Source of the DNA: Selaginella moellendorffii
Taxonomy: Eukaryota; Plantae; Lycopodiophyta
DNA length: 64,000 nt
NCBI RefSeq assembly: GCF_000143415.4
Contig: NW_003314304.1
Location: 1,174,047 to 1,238,046 of the forward strand
Direction of reading: 5' to 3'
The notes under the pieces are model-generated. The model saw only the letters and a program-made list of their open reading frames with translations. It did no database searches and had not been told where the DNA came from. The translations under genes and the position numbers were made by a program. This document shows, piece after piece, positions 56,519-64,000 of the stretch. Position 1 is the stretch's first letter, and each line of letters begins with the position of its first letter.

Positions 56519-57938
56519 TGTTAAATGCCTACTTAAGCTAACAGGCTGGTTAATTTTAACTGTGGTTTATGTGGTTTTGACCTAGCAAGTTAAAAGGCCT
56601 TAACATGGTAAAAGGTGTCACGTAGGAAAAGGTCATCAGTTATAAAAGGAATATTGAATAGGGTTCTGGGAGGAAAGACAACAAAAGAGTTTTTCAGTGG
56701 AGAGCAAGAAGAGAGACAGCTCCAGGGTGAGTTCTTGATTGAGCTCTACGATCCGGTGGTGGAGTTGATCTTTATGCTTGTCTTTGATCATTTAATTTAA
56801 CATTGTGGTTATCTTCATCGAGGGGCCTTACAGGGTTAGAACAGGAAATGATGAATCTCCTGGACATAATAATCTTGTGGTGGTTCCCAGGGATATAGTT
56901 GAAACATTGAGGAAGGAATGTTATCTCAGTTTATTCTTGGTTGACCAACTTTTGACGGTTCATAACTCCTGTATCCAGTATCTGTTGATTCTTGTTGAGG
57001 TGTCAATGGATTGTTCATGACAAGAGCTATACTTTTGATCAAAGACATGGAATTAATTTTGAATTGGTTCACGAGATATAACTCTTGGAAGCACAGTCAT
57101 CCTGGAATTTGCAAGGACATGACGTGATGGATTATTCCTGGAGACATACATATTCCTGGATTGCAATGTGGGATTTACTAAGGCTTGGATGTTTTATAGA
57201 CATTTTGTAACAGGTCATTTCTGGGGACACACTTATTTATGTTAAATAATATAAATTGAAAATGCCCTTGGTTACTCCCTCAATCATTTTAGTTTTGTGT
57301 TAGAATTTTAGCGGAGCTTCTATACCAACCTGAAAAATCAACATTTCATTTGATCGATATTTATCATGGATCGGATTATTTACTGAGTTGAAGCTGATTT
57401 GACCATGTCTCCTAGTGAATCATACCCAGTTCGATGAAGGTCACTCCTTGAGAAATGGATGTGGTATGTGCAAATTCTTATAGTATGACTCCTGCCAAGA
57501 AAAAATATTTGTGCAGAATGATGATATGGCAGCATGTGTGGCATCACATGGATTAGAGTCCCGACTATGTTGGAGGATGTGCAGTACCGGAGGTTAAGGA
57601 TGGGATGATGATTTGGTCAATGACTCGATTGATGTGCTGAACATGCTTGAGGACAAGGATTCCCTTATTAGGGGAAGGAACTGTTAGGCACTTGCTTAAG
57701 CTAATAGGCTGGTTAACCCTAACTGTGGTTTATGTGGTTTGAGGCCTTAACCTGCCATGTAGGAAAAGGCCATCAAAAGGATAACAAGAAGAGTTTTTCA
57801 GTGGAGAGCAGGAAGATAGACAGTTCTCTACGAGTGACAGAGTTGGTCTCTGTGCTTGTCTTTGACTGTTTGGTTTAGTGGGATAATCTTGTGATCACGG
57901 TTCCCAGGACCTGGATTCTAGGGGATGATGCTGTGACA
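56519..57938 (+). mobile_element. Old internally deleted LTR retroelement (diverged LTR pair)
   Basis: Direct repeats beginning tgttaaatgcctacttaagctaacaggctgg (56519) and tgttaggcacttgcttaagctaataggctgg (57682); the second follows cttgaggacaag...aggggaagga PPT. Confidence 0.65.
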
Positions 57939-59763
57939 GGTTCCAAAATATAACTGAATAGAGACGCCAATCTACTTCAGTGGCAGAAAAATCCCGAACT
58001 TGAAGTCATCACATCACCAAACATGCCTGAGCATGATCTCTAAAACGTGAACATTCACTTCCATAAATACAGCATATCTCACAGAATCTTTCTGGCATGA
58101 AATCTATCGATGGTTCCAGATGGCAAGAAAAGCAGTTCTACGTCAACAGAAAAGCAAGAGGATAAGAGTGAATTAAATTCATGAGAAACGGACATTCTAG
58201 ATTCACAAATATTATTCCTGGATCTTTCCTTTCATCAACATAATCCAAAGAGTTTTCTAAATTCATAGTTTGGGGTGAATTAAAATAGTATTTTGGATTA
58301 GATGCTTACGAATAATACCAACAAAGAATTAGCATTGAACTCCTCAGTTCAATTCACATTAAACATTCCTAATGAGATTCACAATATCTTCTCTGGTGAT
58401 TTAATCAAAATGCTACGAAAGTATTCTATTACATGGAGATACAGGGTTTTCAAAAGATATGAGCTAGTACTAACAAGCAAATATTGATTATGAAAAAACC
58501 GAACAATGGAAATGGAGAGGAAGGTGGAAACAAAATTTCAGTTCTTACAAAAGAGATATGAAATTCGTGGTATCTAAAGAATATATTACTCAAAATTTGC
58601 CAATACCTCCACATACATGGATGACACTTCAGTGATTTACGCTCCATCATTCAACAAGCAACCGGAAACAGAAGAAATCATTTTGTGGCTTTATCCATTA
58701 TCAGTACTTGATCTCACGAATGAAACCAAAGTAAACGAAAATGGATGCATTACACTAATGTTTCTGCAAGCAAAAAGTACAATGCTGAGACAAAAAATTT
58801 TGGATAAGAAAATATGATAACAGACAAAAGTTTCCATTTGAGGTGATTAAATATCTAGTTCTGGCATCAAACAGGCCAATTAAAACATCATATCAGGTGA
58901 TTAGCTCTCAATTTTCCTTGATATTATATGTCTGAAATAATAATGAGGATATAATCAGTCATATTCAGAAAATTATAGAAGAACGGCTTCAATTACGCTA
59001 ATCTCAAGTGAACATTGGAAACATAATCATTAGACAGAGCTAAGACGGACATGAATACTATCCAAGAATTTTTAGGTAATCAAAATAAGAAACATTTTTT
59101 CACAATACATCTACTATGTCATTACAGAATTGATTAAATTCGACGAAAAAAAGGAACATGAATACAGAATCACCTATGTGGGACAGAGGTGGGTGACAGA
59201 AGGAAATCAACGTGAAAATTCAGAAAAGGCCTAGAAGGGTATTTAGCAGAATAAATCATAAAAAAAATAAAATAAAAAAATAAAGGAAGTAATATGTGTT
59301 TATAACAAAAATTAAGGGATGAGAATTAAAATTAATAAGTATATTGACGGAATCTATCTAGGGCTTCTGGAAAGAGCGACAAGGCATCATAAGCGACCAA
59401 CAACAAGGAAAGTGGAGCCAGGCTTAGCTGGGAATGTTTGTGTTGAATGCTTCAGCTGACTTAGAAGCCAGTGGTGCTTCCTCTTTTTTTCCTGTTAACT
59501 TCACACAATTTCACACTGTTTCAGGTAGTGAAGAGAAAATTTACCCCGCAACATCTACTGAGGCAACATAGTCGCAAATGTTCCGAAGAGGTTCGTTGCA
59601 TGGTTTTTTATAACTTTAGTTGCAAAAGTCTCATGCATCAAGTATGTTATTTGGAGCTCCTCTTGCTAGCACTGCAGCTGCAGCAAGTCCTCAGCAAGCA
59701 GCAGACATGCTGGAAAATCCAGGAAAAGGCTCTCAAGGTAATTTGGTTACACATTCGAAAGTA

Positions 59764-59863
59764 NNNNNNNNNNNNNNNNNNNNNNNNNNNNNNNNNNNNN
59801 NNNNNNNNNNNNNNNNNNNNNNNNNNNNNNNNNNNNNNNNNNNNNNNNNNNNNNNNNNNNNNN
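59764..59863. other. Assembly gap (100 N)
   Basis: Run of N. Confidence 1.
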
Positions 59864-60779
59864 ATTTGATTGTTTGCATATCCATCTTGTATATACAGAA
59901 AGAAAATTTGACTGAAGGAGTAAGACCTAAAGAAGGCAAGTTTCATACTTGCTCTGTTTATGATGTGTTGAACTTGTTGGATAGGATACAATTGTGGTTA
60001 CACCGGGGGGACAACTAACGCTCTGAAGTGGCTACTCTCGCGGACTTAAAAAAGGGTTAATTTTTATTATGTTTTTGGTCTCTTATTTTAATTATTCTGT
60101 TTTGCAGCCCCAGGTTGAACGTAGCACTAGTAGCGAGGGTAGTAACAGTACTGATGATAAGAGAGACAACAGTAAATTTTGACAAGGCCACCATGCAAAT
60201 CCTTTTGAGTTTGTTTTTTTTTCATGCTGTAGATTTTATCTCTGAACTCATGTAAATCTGATTCATCCGGGCAACTGGATTAGTAATGCTTTCCAATTAT
60301 AGTCAAACAAATTTTTTATGTTTTTAATCATCCACAACTTAATTCTATACTTTGTTAACTATTATCTAATACACATCACAACTCAATCCTAAACTTCATT
60401 AACTAATAAACATCCTAAACAGCTGGTATTTTAAAGACATCCCAAAACTCAATTACAGACTACAACTCATAACTTATTTTATATACTTAGTTCAAAATAT
60501 AGTAATATGGACGCATTCTCCCATTTACCGAGGTAGTTTTTTAGCTCCAGTAATCTGCATTAAAAAACTTACATCTTGAAATGGGTATAAAGTGGCAGAG
60601 AAGAGGTAAAGGCTGTTAAACCCTTACTGTTATACTGGTCGGATTGTTCTTGCTCTTCAGCACCGATGGGAAAAATCTTCTCCAAAAAACCGTCCATGGA
60701 AGTCACTCCTCCTGGAAGAACAATCGCAAGCATTTGGCGTCAGTTTCATGGATCGATCGACAAATCTAGGTTGGCCTAA

Positions 60780-61790
60780 GAGTGGTACTTTCTCCGGGAA
60801 AGTAATAATGTTGACGGTGAGGATATCATCACCGCATTCAAAGAGTGTTTTCACACAAAAAAGAGACCCAAGGTCTATCTTGAGAAATTGAGAGAAACAC
60901 GCCAAAAGAGAGATGAACCTATTCCCGACTATGGAAGCGGCTTTTTAAAGTTGGCCAACAAATACAAGAATCTGATCACTGATTAAGGCAAACAGAGTTA
61001 GTTCACTCAAAGCCTTCACAAGCAAATCCAGCATGATTTAGTGCTGAAACACAGAGATGAGGAAGATGCCTCACTCAAGATAGAAGATATCATTGCAATG
61101 GCCCAGAAGATCAAACACAAGTTTGAAGCCATTACACTGACGAGATATGAGGACAACGATTCAGATGATGAATTGATTCCGAACCTCGAAACAGGAAAAA
61201 GGAGAAAACATTACTCTCCGATTGGCACGCACTTATGTATTCTCCCCTTAACCATAAGGAAAAGGGCCAATTGATTATAAGAATTCCCTATGTGCTGCAC
61301 AAGATCTACGATACTGATGTAATACCCACCACGATTCCTTACCGTACACATTCGCGTGGACCCTCTGATCTACATAAATCACGTCCCTTGACAGCCTACC
61401 GTGTGAATGTCACATCCTTACACATATGGATCCTATATGCCCATACACATTCCATGCGTGCCTATGTATCATGGTGGATCAGGTCATGTATACATCTCAT
61501 CTCAGTATCGATGTCGAGAATCGAACCTCTCTGATACCAAATGTCACGCACTTATTTATTCTCTCCTTAATCATAAAAAAAATGACCAATTGGTTATGAT
61601 AATTTCCTCTGTGCTGCACAAGATCTACGATACCGACGTAACACCAACCTTAAGCTTCAAGCTTATCAAATAGCTCCTCCAAAAGGATCGAAAAAGAGAC
61701 CCCCATGAAAAGACATCTGAACTCAAACTTGGCGTATGGTGCACCCGAGGTAAAAATGAGGGGCACTGTTACGGTTATGTGCCTCGATTG
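60780..61790 (+). mobile_element. Degenerate gag fragment (same gypsy group) interrupted by a TRIM
   Basis: EDIITAFKE, NLITDKGK before the TRIM; SELKLGVWCTRGKNEGH after it. Confidence 0.75.
61223..61643 (-). mobile_element. TRIM (terminal-repeat retrotransposon in miniature)
   Basis: 102-bp LTRs at 61223-61324 and 61542-61643; Met PBS TGGTATCAGAG (minus strand, 61529-39); short PPT; decayed TSD ccgat/ccaac. Confidence 0.85.
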
Positions 61791-61960
61791 TCCGGTTGGA
61801 TACGGGTGTCAGCAATAGTCGTGCATCACTTCTATGAAAAACTAGTATGTAATAATTGTAGTCTGGTGACGTGGCAGGAGTCCTGCCACGTGAGAACCGC
61901 GTTAGAGGTCATTAGCATGGAAGGTACTACCCTGATAGTACTAGGAAAAGACAGGAAAAA

Positions 61961-62060
61961 NNNNNNNNNNNNNNNNNNNNNNNNNNNNNNNNNNNNNNNN
62001 NNNNNNNNNNNNNNNNNNNNNNNNNNNNNNNNNNNNNNNNNNNNNNNNNNNNNNNNNNNN
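61961..62060. other. Assembly gap (100 N)
   Basis: Run of N. Confidence 1.
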
Positions 62061-62660
62061 CATCTTTTCAGAGACTAAGTACAAAAAATATCGTCGTGCC
62101 CACAGCATGTGGCTAAAAGGCCGAGGGGGGGTACCCGGAGTTCCAGAAAGTATATAGGGGGGACCTCCGCCTTGGAAGAAGAGGAGGACCCTTCTTCTGA
62201 AAAGTGAGTTCCGGTTAATTGTAGTCTGATCTGGGAGGAGTATAAGTGGCAATGGGGTGATTCCCAGACTGCCACAGCTCTCCTCCTTGGAAACAGGAGA
62301 TGGAATCAAGCAAGTCACGAAGAGTGACTTTGGCTAAAAGTGGAAGTCGGGCAAGCTGTGAAGAACAGCTCCGATGGAATAGGAGCAAAAGACAAAGTAG
62401 TCAGACAGGCTGTGAAAAACGGCTCTGACTAAGGATGGAACCAGGCAGGCTGTGAAGAGTGGCCCTGGCTAAGTGAGCTCATAGGGGCGAAAGACAAAGA
62501 GTCAGGCAAGCTGTGGAGAACAGCTCTGACAAGTGAAGGCTTCGCTGAGAGTAAGTCCTTGGTAGCGAGGGCAGCAATCAAGGTGTCAGTGTAGCTCGTG
62601 GCAAGGCTACACCGTGAATCCAAACGAGGTGTGGGAAGTACTCGGGTGGTGACACCTAAA

Positions 62661-64000
62661 TTACGAGACACGCTGAGATTGAAGGCCCGATACCGGACCT
62701 TGTGGTGTAAGGTGATCCTTTCTCAAGCCTCCGCTTCCAAAGGTTGAAAATCTTAAGCCTTGAAATGAGAAGAATTCCAAAGCGATTGGAGCTTTGGCGC
62801 TGTTGCAAAAATGAGCTTGAGTGCTGAAGCAATCAAGCCACACAGAAGTCTCAACGCCCGCTGTTGAGGCTCTTGCTATTTTCTGACCTAAATTATTCCT
62901 TCTGTTCTGAGGTATTGTCAGAAGCTCCCCTTGTTTTGATTTTCCAAGCCCACCCGCTGAACATATGCCTAAGTCGATGATGAATTGTTCATGTAAGCCT
63001 CGATCGAACACCTTAGTGAATATATCTGCTATCATCTTTGTTGTTTGCTGGAATTCGACCGTGACCTCGCCGTCTGCAACTTTCTCCCGAATGAAATGAT
63101 GGTGATTCTCAATGTGCTTAGTTCGTCCGTGCAGTACCGGGTTCTTTAGCGGCGCCAAACATGCCTGATTATCATCAAACAACAACAAAGGATCAGTTTG
63201 TCTAATACCGAAGTCACTCAGTAGTTTTCGTATCCAGATGCCTCCCATGAACATGCTAAAAATGAAAGATACATGTCAATATAGCAACTGTTAGATACTC
63301 TGCTTCACATGTCAATACAGTTACTGTTGTCTGCTTTTTGGACGTCCAACTGATCACGCCAGAGTTGAATATGAAGCAATAACCGGTTCTAGAGCGCCTA
63401 TCACCTGCATCCCTTGCCCAATCTGCGTCTGCGTATCCAACCACTGACTTAGCCCCAGCGTTTGATCCATAGAGAAGGCCAAAGTCAACTGTCCTGGCTA
63501 AATACTTCAAAATCCGAAGAGCTGCAGACGAATGCTTGAGCCCCGGATTCTTCATAACTGCGCAATGATGGAGACTGGCTGCAGAAATGTCTGGTCGAGA
63601 CGAAACCAAGAGGTACAGAAGTCCACCGACTAGTTGTTGATAGGGGAGCCTCATTGCCGCTTTATCTCCTTGTGTTGAAGGAGCCATGTCTGTAACTAGT
63701 TTTAATCGTGTAACTGTCGGAGTAGGAGCACTGCCATTGAAATATTCTGCATAGTTCTGAAGCATGCCTTTGAGTGTACTTCTCTTGATTCATGAACAAG
63801 ATTCGTTTCTCCCTGTCACGACAAATTTGTAAACCGAGAAAATAATTATCATACAAAAACGATCCATCAGTGCCTGCTTAATCCAGATTACTCCCCTCAT
63901 GTTCTGTGCAGCCAGAGCTAGATCATCCACATAAATCGCAACGATTGCATCCACAGTGCCGTTGGTGGTGAGAATGTATATGTTCCAGTCGGCTTGAGAT
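62661..64000 (-). mobile_element. Ty1/copia RT-RNase H fragment (frameshifted)
   Basis: IYVDDL near 63920-63938; YFLGLQI; SRPDIS; GYADADWA..DRRSRTGY; DNQA..NPVLHGRTKHIE; IADIFTK. Confidence 0.92.

Noticed and set aside
59471-60018. ORFs spanning N runs (also 61779-62318)
   Set aside because: Open only because of the assembly gaps.
62061-62654. 3' LTR of the copia element
   Set aside because: It starts TGTCA on the minus strand and has a TATA-like motif, but there is no adjacent PPT, no second copy, and it ends in a gap.

Overview
Repeat-dense plant nuclear DNA, most likely a spike moss (Selaginella). This is inferred from plant-type rDNA with 5S in the spacer, ~45-50 bp introns, a Tcn1-like chromovirus and an rDNA-inserted Penelope-like element. 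The core is one decayed 45S rDNA unit: IGS with subrepeats, linked 5S and telomeric repeats, then 18S-ITS1-5.8S-ITS2-26S. Its 26S is interrupted by an antisense, 5'-truncated Penelope-like retroelement (Chlamys-type RT) that replaces roughly 0.7 kb of 26S. On the left the unit joins an Athila/Selgy-like Ty3/gypsy gag-pol that runs in frame into an extra domain. On the right it folds back into an inverted 18S pseudogene carrying a young gag-only LTR element (418-bp LTRs, 5-bp TSD) and a 303-bp insert with a 34-bp duplication. The two gypsy elements share an unannotated small protein upstream of gag. Further right lie a self-priming Tcn1-like chromovirus with a 1.5-kb inverted duplication, hAT fragments and an H+-PPase pseudogene split by a small hAT. 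After these come an apparently intact SAP + restriction-endonuclease-like gene, a TRIM (with a 31-bp relic of its LTR elsewhere), a copia fragment and two 100-N gaps. All calls come from reading motifs by eye; no searches were run.
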